A stretch of DNA of 60,760 nt, filler included, from Basidiobolus ranarum (lineage: Eukaryota): assembly GCA_040143965.1 (NCBI GenBank). It is 5 parts of 5 records of this genome, joined end to end, with 100 filler letters (N's around TTAATTAATTAA, not from the genome) between each part and the next. Parts side by side here need not be neighbours in the genome. Positions count along the whole stretch, not along the records: positions 24,395 to 36,463 come from JASJQH010007444.1; positions 36,564 to 48,617 come from JASJQH010007445.1; 3 more parts are not named here. One strand, 5' to 3'. Positions 25,132 through 38,404 of the stretch are shown here, piece after piece. The notes beneath the pieces were generated by a model that was not told the DNA's origin, ran no database searches, and worked only from the letters and a program-made list of their open reading frames with translations. The position numbers and the translations under genes are program-made. Each line of letters starts with the position of its first letter. Positions within the stretch are counted from its first letter, which is position 1.

Positions 25132-27809
25132 GGGATTGCTTTCAACAGAGCAAGATACAAGAGTTAATTAACAGCTAAGCAAGAATACTATATTTGCCAA
25201 TTCCACATACTCAAACTCTCCATTGTATGCGACCTACGAGTTGGTTCTCATTAGACCTGACTAAGCCATAGAAATTGTGATACAAGGACGAGATACAATC
25301 ATTCTACTTCATTGTATATATTTGAGAGTCATTGTTTGTACTCCAACGTCTAGGTAGGGAACCGTTGCAATATGTATCATAGTCTATCATTGGTGGAGTA
25401 TAAGTTAGTGTCGCATCTAAAACTAGTACAGAGCAATAGGTACCATAGAAATTGCCCTTGGGTGTATATGATAAAGCAGATTGTGCAAAGTCATAAACGA
25501 TCTAATCCATTGGCTTATGAGGATATGATTCTCAAGTGTATACACTAAAGTACTTATAAGCTGTGGATATAGCTTGGAAATACCAAGACAAGATGGCATT
25601 TTCATATTTGAAGCAATCATAAGCATCCAGCCCTTGATACCTACTGAATTCGTCCAATAGAACCCAATCAGTTACTTATGAATGATGTAGCGAAGAGCTT
25701 ATATAGTTCCAAATTAGTGGCACTGGTAAACCCATCTGTTTCCACATCAGATTGCTTTGTTACCAATACACAATCATTGCCATCACGTGAAAATTGCCCA
25801 TAATTAAATATGTCCAAGCCACAAATCTGCTGTATACAATACAGTCATTCATACCCGCCCCAGTCTAGCTGATTCATCATTAATTTGATATGCAATACCT
25901 TCCGGTATGATAAGCAACACTCTCGTTTTCCGGCGGCATATTTTTTTGTGATTTCCAACTGCTTGCCATAGTGCACTTGTCTTTGGAGTGATTGAATTAT
26001 ACTCTATTGGAGTCAGTATTTAGCAATGTTACGAGACACTCCTTCAGCCTATCTGCTCTAATACTTCGAGCTAAACTTCTTGGCTGCCGTATGCAGAAGG
26101 ATTAGAGGAGTTGCTGATTTCTTATGCTCGGCTGGCTAGAGGCTGCTGATTTTATGTGGTCCGATTTTGCACTTTGAATGGATGCCCGATTTGGCTGAGA
26201 TGATAAGTCTAAAAATAATGTGGATTAAAGAACTGTCATTGGCTGGTTTGTTAGAAGTCATGCTCATCTACGATATATGAGAGATACCAATACTTCACCT
26301 AACCGTTACAATGAGCGATAAGGTGAGAAAACTACAAGCGTTTCATTTCCACGAACCAATCCACTTGGATGAAAATTAATTTGCTCTAAATTGCGTGCTC
26401 ATTAATGGCATATGGAAGAGATTATCGGAACGGACTGTTTATTGATGCTCCTCCATTCTAGAGTTACGACGTGGTTATAGGAATCAAGCAAGTGCTGACA
26501 TGAATCAACTCGTCTTCTATGGTTACATATGAACAAACTTGAAGTTACCATACGTACACTACGCCTTTCGACTCTAGTCAGAAATCATCAATAGAAGCTG
26601 CATGCATAGACCATGAAGTTCTCTTTCAGAATGAAATCCCAACGACGCAAGTATAGTGTAGATCTGCAAGTGTTACCACTCTGACAGTCTGGAATCAGAT
26701 GGAGAGTTGCATACAACATCGGGTACTATGATGTTGATATGAATATTTGCCAATATACTTGATTTGTGGGAAAATCCCTGATGCCGCGGTACTTGTTCTT
26801 GAATGTACTTGACGAGTGCAAATCTATCTGAACTGCTAATATGGGACTCTGAGTATTCATCCTTGTGATACGGCGTCAAGGGGGTCACAATTCAATCCCT
26901 AGTGATTTCAGTCACCAAGGCTTGTGGCTGAACAATTACAACTAGATTCAGTCAGATGGTTACATCACTTGAGAATGATAATTCCAGTTTATAGCAGAAA
27001 ATATCCTAGAATGACGTAGCTTGATTCCCCGTCGAGATACGAAGCTGTGTTCTATTCTTGGATCCCACAGTGATTGGACTAAAGTGAGGGATTAATTCTA
27101 GAAACCCATTATAATTATAACAAATACCTCCCCAGTGGGATTCGTACTCTTGTCCCACCTGGAAATTTACGGCGGTAAGAGCCGAAAAACATCGGCCCAT
27201 AATGTCGCGTTATACAAGGTCGGATGTGCAAGGGTTATCTTGTGTAGCATCACGCGGTGGTACATTAAATGTGCACATCAAGTAGCACTCTTTCAGGTCC
27301 ATTCTAGATGACTGCTGAGAAATACAATGGTCATTTCTCAAGTTCATCCAAGTAATATCCATTTTTGTAAGGTTGTGATTGGTACTGAAGTTCATTTATG
27401 TTATTTCTTTGGTTGGCTCAATAAAAATAGATGTCTCAAAGAGAGGTAAAGTGAATATTGCGTTGAACCGTTAACTCTGCGTAATCCATTCATCCAGGGC
27501 GTTTTGTAGATTCTTAACTCAAATTGAAATTGACCTTGGTAGCGTGCGGCCGATCCAGATCTTATGAGGTGAATCTTGGGTCTTTTGGAAGTAGGAGAAT
27601 CTTCTATTAGGGAAATTTAATAGATGACTATCCAAAATACTCCAAGACTAAAGCAGTCAGAAAGGGTTTTTGGCGGGGATAACACAACTTGCAGTGCGCA
27701 AGATCACTAGACAGGTGAGCAAAATCTCCTTATATAAATGGTCCCATTGAATTACCAACACATCAGTATACATTCGATCTTTCTATCTCTATTTCAATCC
27801 TCTTCAATT

Positions 27810-28967
27810 ATGAAATTTCAACTCTGTACGTTGGTACTAGTCACTTTGGTATCTTCTAGTCTGACACAAGAGTTGGCTCCCATTAACCCAGAATGGACCA
27901 AGCAATACGACCTAACTAAAGTTCCTGATATATCTACCAAAAAGGTGGGCTCTGGTACTTGTCCTAACGCTCGATGTGATGGCAACGATTGCGAAACCTG
28001 CTGGGAGTCCTGTGGCAATTGCGCTCGCCCAGCCGATCTCTATGGATGCCAGGCTCACAAATGGGCCTTAAGCTTTGATGATGGACCATCCGAACATACC
28101 AGTGAATTGCTCGATATCTTGGCTGCTGCTAAGGTTAAGGCAACCTTTCTGATGGTCGGTTCTCAGGTAGTCCAATTCCCTGATATGGTGAAGAGAGCCC
28201 ATCAAGAAGGCCACTTGATAGCTCAGCATACCTGGTCTCATCCACATTTGATGTCCATTTCTAATGAGCAGATTATTGCCGAGGTGAGAGCAACTGAAGA
28301 AGCTATCCTCAACGTTACGGGTGTTCGCCCTGCCTACATTCGATCTCCTTATGGAGAAGCTGATGATAGAGTCAAGGGAGTTCTTACGGCTATGGGATAT
28401 CATCATCTACTTTGGAATATGGATACTTTAGATTGGGATATAGTGGACAAACATGAAAACCCAGAGAAGATTCTAGATTCGTTTCAAACTGCGTTGGATA
28501 AAGGAACTGAAATGAACGCCCATAATGACCCCGGTTTCATTTCCCTTCAGCATGATCTATATGTGGAGACTGTCAAGCAAGTGCCTAGCATAGAAAAATT
28601 GCTTGCTGCTCATGGATTCCATTTCGTTCTCGCTAATGAGTGTATTGGTGCCCCAATGTACAAGTCAGATATCACTAACTCCACCACTACTCCAGATACC
28701 GCTACTACAAATACCGTTTCTACAGCTTCATCTACTCTTGCTTCTACTTCCAATGTATCATCAGCTACTACCTCAGTGTCCCTATCCAGCTCATCGGCTA
28801 CTGTACCCGGTAAATCCACTGCTGCTTCCCCCAGTAGCTCAAAAATGCATAGCAGCATCTCACCTACCTTGGCCGTTGCTGCTTCAGATTCTACTCAAGT
28901 CGGTGCCACTAGCTTGCAATTGATGGCAGGCATGTTGCTTGGATTTGGTTATTTCGGTAGAAATTAG
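27810..28967 (+). CDS. CE4 polysaccharide (chitin) deacetylase, secreted, probably GPI-anchored
   Basis: Signal peptide MKFQLCTLVLV (ATG 27810), Cys-rich N-terminus, CE4 motifs SFDDGP, HTWSHP, RSPYG, DTLDW and LQHD, Ser/Thr-rich stalk, hydrophobic C-terminus. Confidence 0.93.
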   Translation: MKFQLCTLVLVTLVSSSLTQELAPINPEWTKQYDLTKVPDISTKKVGSGTCPNARCDGNDCETCWESCGNCARPADLYGCQAHKWALSFDDGPSEHTSELLDILAAAKVKATFLMVGSQVVQFPDMVKRAHQEGHLIAQHTWSHPHLMSISNEQIIAEVRATEEAILNVTGVRPAYIRSPYGEADDRVKGVLTAMGYHHLLWNMDTLDWDIVDKHENPEKILDSFQTALDKGTEMNAHNDPGFISLQHDLYVETVKQVPSIEKLLAAHGFHFVLANECIGAPMYKSDITNSTTTPDTATTNTVSTASSTLASTSNVSSATTSVSLSSSSATVPGKSTAASPSSSKMHSSISPTLAVAASDSTQVGATSLQLMAGMLLGFGYFGRN

Positions 28968-31503
28968 GAACCTACAACTTTTCAAGGTTGATTATACCCA
29001 ATATAGATCAGTTTCTCATTTTCACATTTAAATTGAAATGATCGTATTTTTTGAATTCAATCCAATAAATCATCTTTTTATAACGCATATCGACATTGAA
29101 TCGAAAAGAAATGGCTGAATTTTATTTCACTTAGATCAAATAGGAAACTCATAGAGACCCAAAAATGGAAATTCGGGAATATCACCACATTGTAGATTAA
29201 ATGATCGAAGAATGCTCATGAAGCTAGACTGCCTCTGTATATTTCTCTCTGCTCATAAAAACATTCTTAGATTGTTTTGGAAAGCCGCGTATTGGCCAGG
29301 TAAAACTTGTAACATACCTTCAAGGAACTATGTTACCTCTATATGTACTCTTCATTGTCTTGAGCTTTGAGGGCAACCCTGCTTATCAAAGTGCTATTAA
29401 TATGTGTAACTATTTGTAAGTTTAAGGGGCCTTTGTTGCCATACATGCATAATCTAGCTGACCTTATTCTAGCTGTTTCTGTTGAATCACATTTACAGTG
29501 AATTCCTAATAAAAGATACAGTTAGGCTTATCTGCTTCCAAATGGCTCACCTCATTCGCAGCACTGTGAATCAAATCGAAGGGTCTGCCATTTATATTTG
29601 CATTATACTTAACTTACTTAACCTTTTCTCAGGAGGGGCAACCAACAGGAATGTTATTAGCCATGCAATGCAATTAAATGATTAGGGAAATTTCAATAAT
29701 TTAGACCTGACAAGTTAAAACTACTCATAAAATTTGGAGTGGCTAAAATGGTCACCACTCAATTAGTTCAAAAAGAGGCAATGTCTCTTTGGATCTAAGA
29801 GGATGCATCTTAGGCCTAACATTGGGTTGTTTCGCTTTGTTCAGAGACGAGATTCAGATTTATATTCATCTTTAGTTTAGGCACCTAATACCCTAAATCT
29901 CATATGATAGCCACTCCTCATCTCAGAAGTGAAACAGCGTGTTGCTTGTTTGAGATCACACCCAGTACAATTCTCTAGATGGGCTCTCCGACATTGCAGT
30001 AAGGTATTGTATAAGTAACGCTTCCACCCCTCACCCTCTTATGCCATGGAATATTCCTTGCATCTCTATAGTCCTTGTTGAAATCTCCACACGCAATATA
30101 ACACTTGTCTAAATTCAAGCTACACTGCGGTGCAATTAGCCAGTAGATGTACTCGTCTCACATGTGATGCCCTTGACTCAGAAACAGCCAAGCCTAGCTT
30201 AATACAATCCCTCCTTTCAATTAATAACTTGAAAGCATACCAGATGAATTTGAGTAATCAGGATGTTCATAACAAGACTGTACACCATTAACAGGGATAA
30301 TATTATTGTAGCATCATTGAATTCCATATACTGTACTAGCCCTTCTTAGGCCTTACTTCGAGACAGCTATCTATTTTAAGCACAAACTGGTTGCGGTAAT
30401 TGAAATTCTTCTCTTTAGTGCGGTTACACCGCTTGGCAGAGTGGTAACCTAGATGCCACAACTAGGCTTTGTCGACTCTGAATGTTTGTTGCTTCCATGT
30501 TAACATAGTGGAAACCTGCTTTCTTAGAATGAACTACTTGCATTGTTGCCGAAACAAGGTACATCATTTGAGTATGGTACAACATCACACAGAACCTTCC
30601 CAATGACTGTACTTCGACATGCATATTTCTAATTCCCATCTACCATGGATTACTAAACAATCCGCAGATCTTGAGTCCTAATCTCTTGGAGGGGTGGAAT
30701 TTCATCTTTTACCGATGTAAATAGCACCAGCGAGTTGATGCTTCCAATCCGAACTTTTAGTGCACTTGAGATTAGATTAGCATGGGTACTACCATACTCG
30801 TAAACAGGATATCCTGTCTACATCTCACCCTTAATTCCCCATTTAGAAGAGATGAAAACCATCTGCAGGTGAGTCCTGGAAATTATCCCATTATTGCTAC
30901 GGCTAATGACGAGCCTGTGATGTTTCTGATGGCTTTAATTGCGAGAAATTACCCACATTCCATGGAATCTGATCTGACTAGAAACTATCGAGCAATGGTC
31001 ATCATCATCATGATGACTAGATTAGTTTACTAATCAAGATCACCAAAACCCTCGGTTTTTATCACGGCAAAAGCCCGGAACACAAACACTTACAATAACA
31101 ATGCATGTGTAGCTCGCTGGGACTTACCTAATTGGCTCTTCCGGAATCAATGACGTTTGACTAGTGCGGTTCAAAACATACATGATACATACGACTGATC
31201 CATATGACCCATGAAATTTATACGGAGTTGACCTCGTTTGGACTTGTAAGCGTCTTTGATTTGAGCCCCAGTCACATTTATCCTCCCAATTTTGTGATTC
31301 CGATCGGATACAAAAATTCTTGAGCTTCCTCTATCCTTCAACCATATAAAGCCAAGCTCATCGACCCTCTCTACTGACTACAACCTTACTTTCCACTTTC
31401 GCTATCAAGCACTTTAGCACTTCGACTTTGTTCTCCTTTCTTACAAGCAAGGTTTTCTATTTAAACTCAACCTTCTCTACACATACAACTCTCTTCACCT
31501 CAC

Positions 31504-32070
31504 ATGGAAGTAAACACCATCAACTACCGTATTTCCGAAACATCTGACAAAAGCGTTGTCCCTATACCAAACGAAGGACATTATTTTCGTAGAAGAGGAG
31601 TCAAACTACAGCTCAAAGGGTTACCAGAATTTCTAAGGCATAGTCTGAGTTCTTCCCCTACTTCCCGACTAGATTCTGCAAATTGGAGTTGTTCATCTGG
31701 TTCACTTACAGTGACCGACCGACGTATCACATATTTGGCAGACTTCCGAATCAACGGTATCGAAACTGTACTATTTCCACTGGGTACACTGGCATTAAAA
31801 GGAGGAGATACATTTAGCAACAAAACTGTGAAGGGTATTGTAAACTTACACAACATTCCTGTAACAGTGAGCTTCCGATTCTCCAAACGTGAAGATGCTA
31901 GAGACTTTATATCTTACGCTAGTATGCTCCAAGGCTCGATGATGGCAGCCAACCGATTACACCCTATTGAAGTAGACACACCTGATATGCTCACAGAATC
32001 GTATGATCAACAGCCGCCCTGTTACCACGATGTACTGCTACAGGAGAGACTGCCTGCCTACGCAGCGTAA
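31504..32070 (+). CDS. WBP2-like GRAM/PH-like domain protein with C-terminal PY motifs
   Basis: 188 aa. SSGSLTVTDRRITYL resembles the GRAM G-x-L-x-LT-x-x-R motif; the tail has PPCY and LPAY. Pyrimidine-rich leader and cataaa box upstream. Confidence 0.65.
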   Translation: MEVNTINYRISETSDKSVVPIPNEGHYFRRRGVKLQLKGLPEFLRHSLSSSPTSRLDSANWSCSSGSLTVTDRRITYLADFRINGIETVLFPLGTLALKGGDTFSNKTVKGIVNLHNIPVTVSFRFSKREDARDFISYASMLQGSMMAANRLHPIEVDTPDMLTESYDQQPPCYHDVLLQERLPAYAA

Positions 32071-35000
32071 ATATAAATTCCTATCCAATTCCACCTCCAC
32101 CAATTCGCATGTTGTCCTTCTTTCGAGTCCTATGATTGAATTCCATGTATTTATATATATATACAAGAACTATATTTCACTAGTTCTATTTGACATTTTA
32201 AATAGTTCCCTTCTCACCGTCAAAGTGACAACCTCTCCTAAACCTTCCACTAACGCACTGCTGATCAGCTTGCACTACATAGTTTATATTTCAAACAACC
32301 AAATAAATGAAATCGAAATACATCCTTCCAAACCAATAGATTGTTCGACTCTAATATGGCCAAGGACACAACTAGAGATATCCTGACTATGCCTCGACCT
32401 CCTGACATCATCTGATCGCACGTAAATACCTGAAAACTTGAGAGGATGCTGCATATGATTGAAAGCCATATTTAATTCACTTAATCCCACTCGATATCCA
32501 ATTCAACGTGCTCGGGCTTGTACATGAATCCAAGGCCAATCAACGACGCAGACTCACATGAAACGGTCTTGACTGTAAAAGTACCACCGTATGGAACGGT
32601 ACTATCGAGCAGAATAAGTGAATTGGCTCGGTCACCACTTTGATTCATTTAGGTAGTTGGCAGCTAGCCTAACCTCGACGGGGGTATTTCCTTGTCCGCC
32701 CGATATCGTTGACTTGTTCATATTCGGAGTATCAATCGATATCTTGTACTGATGCCGATATTTAATTTCGGATTCATGGATAATCATGCCCATCCTAATC
32801 AGCGCCAAGGTTATCATCCAAATTGGGGAATTTATTTTTAGTTGGGAATTCTACGCTATTAATAATTCCCTCAGTGCGGTTATTTTAACCTCACACGAGG
32901 AACGGTATGACTGCAGCTTCTATATCAGTGTCATCCTCCCCTCTAATGAAATCTTTACGCCGCCCTGCCAAACTATCACTTAGTAATCAGTATGGCTGTT
33001 TAGCCATGAGGAGCGCTGTGAGCCAATGGCTTGGGGGCGCATTTTAGAAACGTCTTAGTGTCCATGCACGAGGCGGTAAATCAACATCCATTTTACCAAT
33101 CAAGCGGTATGCATATCTATCTTCCTTTATCACGCCTTCACTGAATTCGTTACACTATGATTTTCTTACTCTCTTGAGACGTGCAACGAATGTGGGATGA
33201 CTTCAATATTTGCTCATTTATCATCCCCATATTGATATACCCACACATTTGACAGCAGTTGTTATCTTTGGGCCATATCGCATCAAATTCACGGCCATAT
33301 TTTCTGCCCGACTCCGCTGAGATCAAGCCATATTAAAAGGCCACACCAAGTTTATTAACAAACATTTGGACGATGTAGTCCGAAAGAGCGCTTCCAAGTT
33401 GTTACGCCTGACATAATTCTTTGCCAACACGTGTTACACGAACCAATGATTTCTTGGGATATGGTAACCCTTGTAGTGTTGAAAAATGCGCCTAGTAAAA
33501 GATAGAACGAAGAGATAATTCTTCATTCCACATGGAAGTTGGGCATATCAAGCGAGAATTCCAAAAATCACAACCCTAATCTATATGCACTTTGATTGGA
33601 GTTCTAGGATCAAAACTACGTCGTGAACGCTGGTAAATCTCATTGGAGTAGGAGGAGTACGATATGGTAATGCGAAATTTTCATAACTCGTGATTACTTA
33701 CTACCTAAACTATGGTAGGCTTAGTAACAATTACATAATCGTGAAATGTAATCAGCGTAAGACGCTTTCCTATTTCTGGCCAACAGTTATATCACCTATC
33801 TTCAATACTTTGCATCATAGTACATGTGTTTCGATAGATAAAGACACCGGACTTTTGGAAGTAGACCCCATATCATGCCCAACTACTCCAAATATATCTC
33901 CATCCCAATCCCAATCAATATTTTCATCAAAATTTAATGCCAATGCTTCGAAACTCGTGCTTCACCTGATTCTACATTAATCTAATTGAAAACAATAGGT
34001 TACATATATATACCGAACAAACATCACTTTGGCACCTGCCGTATTTACACATCGTTCTATTCTTCACATCTGGCAAGGTTATTTAGTCTCAAAAGAGCTT
34101 TTTGGTGTTACTCTACCTTTCTAGCTGATTTCCAAGACTAAAGGATGATATATGCAATCATGAGTAGCCATTTTTAAATCGCTATATTTGTAGAGAGGAG
34201 GAGTCTACAGTATCTAATACGGAACTTGTCTGCAGATGATGTAGATGTGATATATTCAACATAGCCGTTAAGCACATGTTTATGGGGATTTGTTAATTTA
34301 TCCGTCGAAGGCTGAATCAGCCATCGGTGAAGATTATTATTAACTTGATATATGGGGAGTTATTTTGAATTTATCCGAGGCTCAAATAGGCATCTAGAGC
34401 AGTAATCCATTGCTTTGGCGTTCACTATCAAACACGCCACCATTGTCAAATAAAAATATTGTGTATCAACGCCATAGATATATTCGAGATCTCAACATGT
34501 TACTAAGTTTCAAGCCTGCTACATGAAAGGTACCAACTATATCTCTAGAGAGAACTTCCAGTAGATAATACTTCCCAAGGTGAGCGATAAAAGTGCAGCT
34601 GCTTTGTTCTCGAATCATCCATTGCTATTGAAAACATCCTGACATTTTCGGCTAAATGTCAGATTTTTCCAAGCAAGTTAACAAACATACATCCGATATT
34701 TAGCCGAAAGTTTTGCTTGGAATACAAACTAGTTTGAGTCATTAATGTAAGAATATGGTTCTGCATATTCGGCTACCTTGGTGGAAAACCACACAACACA
34801 ACCTTATGTAACACTGATATGAACTTGCTATTTTTGACGATTTTAAAAATAACTTGCAGTGCCATGTAAGCGAAAACCAGTATGAAGTGATGGTGTTAAA
34901 GGAATATCTTTCCGGTGTGTTTCTAGGAAGTATACAAAGAGCTAATGGCTTGAATCATTACATTCCAAGAATTCTCAATGTTGTTGTTTAGCATACATAG

Positions 35001-35976
35001 GCATGGATCCATCAGGCCAAGGTTATCTGACTATATTGGACTGGTTTTGATAGAAGCTGGTCATACCTAGTGATGTATAGTGTCATATTGCGCCTTATAA
35101 CATTTAGAATACTTTGTCCAATAACAAACCGATCTCACTATCTGGCACTATACAACGAACCACTTCCATGTGGAAGGCTTAGTCCACTGTGGTCATCTCA
35201 TTTCTATGAAAGAAATATGTTCAAGCCAGCCTGTGGGATATAGAAATACCGCTGGTAGTACAGTCTTGATGTATAAAAATCACCACTGGTATGACTTGGA
35301 ATGTTAATGGTACTTCGATATGGATTCATAGTTCTATAGCTCTGCTATGTATCCAGAAGTTAAGCTAAACCATCTCTCATCACTGATTCACTTTTTTGTA
35401 GCCATGTTTCGTATGATAATATCTCTGCCTTCACTGTATGATCCAACTTCACATTTTGAACCCGTTGAATAATGGGCTTTGTCATTATTAAAACAGTTCC
35501 GCTACTCTTTGTGATGCCTATACATTTCTATTCGGTACTCACAGTAAATTAATTTTAAACTTTTATTGTTAAATTGTTATTTCGTCAGTAGCTATTTTTT
35601 ACCTCTTTATCGCAACAAAAGGTCACATAAGAAGTTCCTACCCGCGTGCTATTACTAGTGGGTCATTTTATACCATAAAGTGAGAACTGAGCAACCTGAT
35701 TGGCTAAAATCATCAAACTTGTGGCCAATCAAACTATTTTGCCACTTGAAATGTTTACCTTAAAATGAAAATTAATGTTACCCCTACTTGTAAATAAAAA
35801 TCACAGAGTTTAAGTCTAAGTCAGTAAGTGCATACATTCAAGATTCTATCAAAGGGCTTTGGAATTTTTCAATATCATAGTGGATGTCAATCTGATGGGG
35901 CTACAAAAAAATGCCTATAAACTAAATAGTGATACTACCACCAAACTTTTTCTTTTCCCCAGTTCAGGGATTAGAT

Positions 35977-36457
35977 GGGTTAGGGGGATGAAAAGCACCA
36001 GGTGGGCTTTATTTAGCTTACATACCAATCTAAACAAAGTGACAAGCAAAGCATCAATCTTTTAAGATATTGTGACATTACTGGATCATTTCCATACTCA
36101 ATTTGATGACCAATATTATCCAGTTCTGAGGATGTAAATATAGTGTTAAGGGGCAAAGATGGTAAGCAGAAAGGAAGATACTCATTAGGAACTAAATGAA
36201 CAATAGGCCAAAAACCTGGAATAATGGGGATCAAGAAAGGTGTCTTCAAGGTAAGGTATTGCTTCAAAAGATCTAGCTGGAAGTCCATGGCAAAATCCTA
36301 GGCTATTTTGTTTGATGCAGTTGTAGAGCTAATTCAGAAACAAGATGGTCATCTTGTATCAGCTTCCAGCATCATGGTGGTTAGGGTTAGGGGGACAAAA
36401 AGCACCAGGTGGTGTGGACTTTATTTAGTTTATATACTAATCTAAACAAAGTGACAA
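35977..36457. repeat. Direct repeats of about 70 bp (35977-36045, 36384-36457) flanking a CpG-poor spacer; probable transposon fragment
   Basis: gggttaggggga..aaaagcaccaggtgg...ctttatttag.tta.atac.aatctaaacaaagtgacaa occurs twice. On the minus strand each copy starts TGTCAC. Confidence 0.75.
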
Positions 36458-36463
36458 TCATGA

Positions 36464-36563
36464 NNNNNNNNNNNNNNNNNNNNNNNNNNNNNNNNNNNNN
36501 NNNNNNNTTAATTAATTAANNNNNNNNNNNNNNNNNNNNNNNNNNNNNNNNNNNNNNNNNNNN
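36464..36563. other. Artificial contig linker
   Basis: N44-TTAATTAATTAA-N44. Confidence 0.98.
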
Positions 36564-37381
36564 TGGATATCCAATAAAAGTGGTTTGATTAGCTCTACAA
36601 CGATAACTGGAAAGCTTTGCTTGGGCGAACATGGTTACATCAGAGATCATAACCTGGCGACACTTGTTGCTTTTAGTCCAAGAGTCAGGTTTTCTGGATA
36701 TTGCTGTTAGCTCCGGTATGGATTCTTGCTGCTAATGAGATAATGGTAAGATGGTGGCCTGATTTACTTAGTCAATGGATCCGCAAATACTCTTGAGTTT
36801 TAGCTTAGCATCTACTGTAAAGGTCTTTCCCCTTTGCGATTCAGTATCGTAGTCTCTGGTAAACTGCTTAAAACCAGGTGGTATGGTGCTGAGGGGTGTA
36901 TATTTCGGATTAAATCCGATACTGTGTACAAATGACCTAACAATCACAACACAGTTACCAAGTTTAACGAGTGCATGTGTAGCGGATTAGGGTAGAGCCA
37001 GGATAAATAGTATAATGGGGAAAGGAATTGAGTAACTTTCCTCTCACTCAGCAGGCTATCATTGGGTCTCACTCAAGTATTTTGATTGTTTTGGCTCGAA
37101 TCCCGAGAAATTGAGGTTTTGATCGCTTTGTGTTGTACAGAAATGTTGGTGCTCTAATATTGGATCTTCAGGGATCATAATAGCATGGGTCGAAAGTGCT
37201 TTATGATAGTGATAATGATAGGCAAAGAAGAGCATTCATATATCGTCTAAATAAGGCATAATTTAATTTGGGCTGGCTGCCTAGCAATATAAATACTGCT
37301 CTGGCAACAGAATATCAGTCATTATCTGTTACTTGAGTTAATTGAGCCTTTGGAGTCACCAATATTTTTTCTTCCTCAAAG

Positions 37382-38404
37382 ATGTGCGCCAAACACACAA
37401 TTTCCTCATCCATGTCACCTCATTATTTGCCCACCGATTCTTCCAACGCTCATGACTATTCCTTGGCACCACCACCAAAGCTTCGCAAGACACAAAGTAT
37501 GTGCTTGACGCGTGAAGAGTTTCTCTTCAGTCAAACCAGTAAATCATCTGTTTTGGACTCAGCAGGTCAATACCATACTTTGCCCTGTTACAATGGTAAA
37601 GAAGATATTCTCAAAAGAATATCTGCCAACACCGTATGTATTTTTCACTATGAATAATATAGTGAAAGAGAGAAACTGATCAACGTCTTGAATATTATAG
37701 CTCGATGATTTAATTTCAGGCAAATATACTGATCTGTATGACAACCTCATCATCATCGATTGCCGATTTTCCTATGAATACAATGGCGGCCACATTCAAG
37801 GTGCAATCAATCTAAATACCAAGTCCGAGTTAGAAGAGTATTTCTTCAACAGTTCTCGTAATTTTGAACGTACTATTGTGATCTTTCACTGCGAGTTTTC
37901 TGCCCAAAGGGGCCCAAGAATGTAAGTACCCATTCTAGAGTTATCTATATAGAGATAAGCCTAATCAAGTTCTTTTCTAGGGCACTATATCTTCGCAACA
38001 AAGATCGAGAACTGAATATAGCCAACTATCCCAACCTCTTTTTCCCTGAATTGTATGTGCTTGATGGTGGATATCGCCACTTCTACAGCACACACAAAGA
38101 CAATTGTGAGCCTCAGCAATATGTTGAGATGAATGCCACTCAATTTGATTCCGAATGTAAGAAGGGGATGATGCGATTTGAATCCAATTTCTTAATGAAA
38201 AGAAGTCGATCTCGCTCAGTGAGCTGGCCTAGAGAACCTGCTTCAGTGAAGGTCTCACTGATTGATAGAAGAACTCTTTACGCTCGTCGCTCCAATAATT
38301 CGAATGAATATGGTTCCTCTAGAGGCAGCCTTCTCAATCGACTTCGAACAAGATCCGACTCTGAGCCCATGAAACCCAACTTTCCAAACTTTCAGCCTTT
38401 ATGA
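37382..38404 (+). CDS. cdc25: Cdc25/Mih1 M-phase inducer phosphatase (rhodanese fold), 3 exons, 298 aa
   Basis: Exons 37382-37633, 37701-37921 and 37981-38404. Motifs IIDCRFSYEYNGGHIQGAIN, FHCEFSAQRGPRM (HCX5R) and YPNLFFPELYVLDGGY. Confidence 0.93.

Noticed and set aside
27738-27809. Longer N-terminus for the deacetylase from ATG 27738
   Set aside because: That ATG abuts the TATA box (tatataaATG); the signal peptide starts at 27810.
36381-36392. Telomere (TTAGGG)2 near a contig end
   Set aside because: Only two units, internal to a dispersed repeat.
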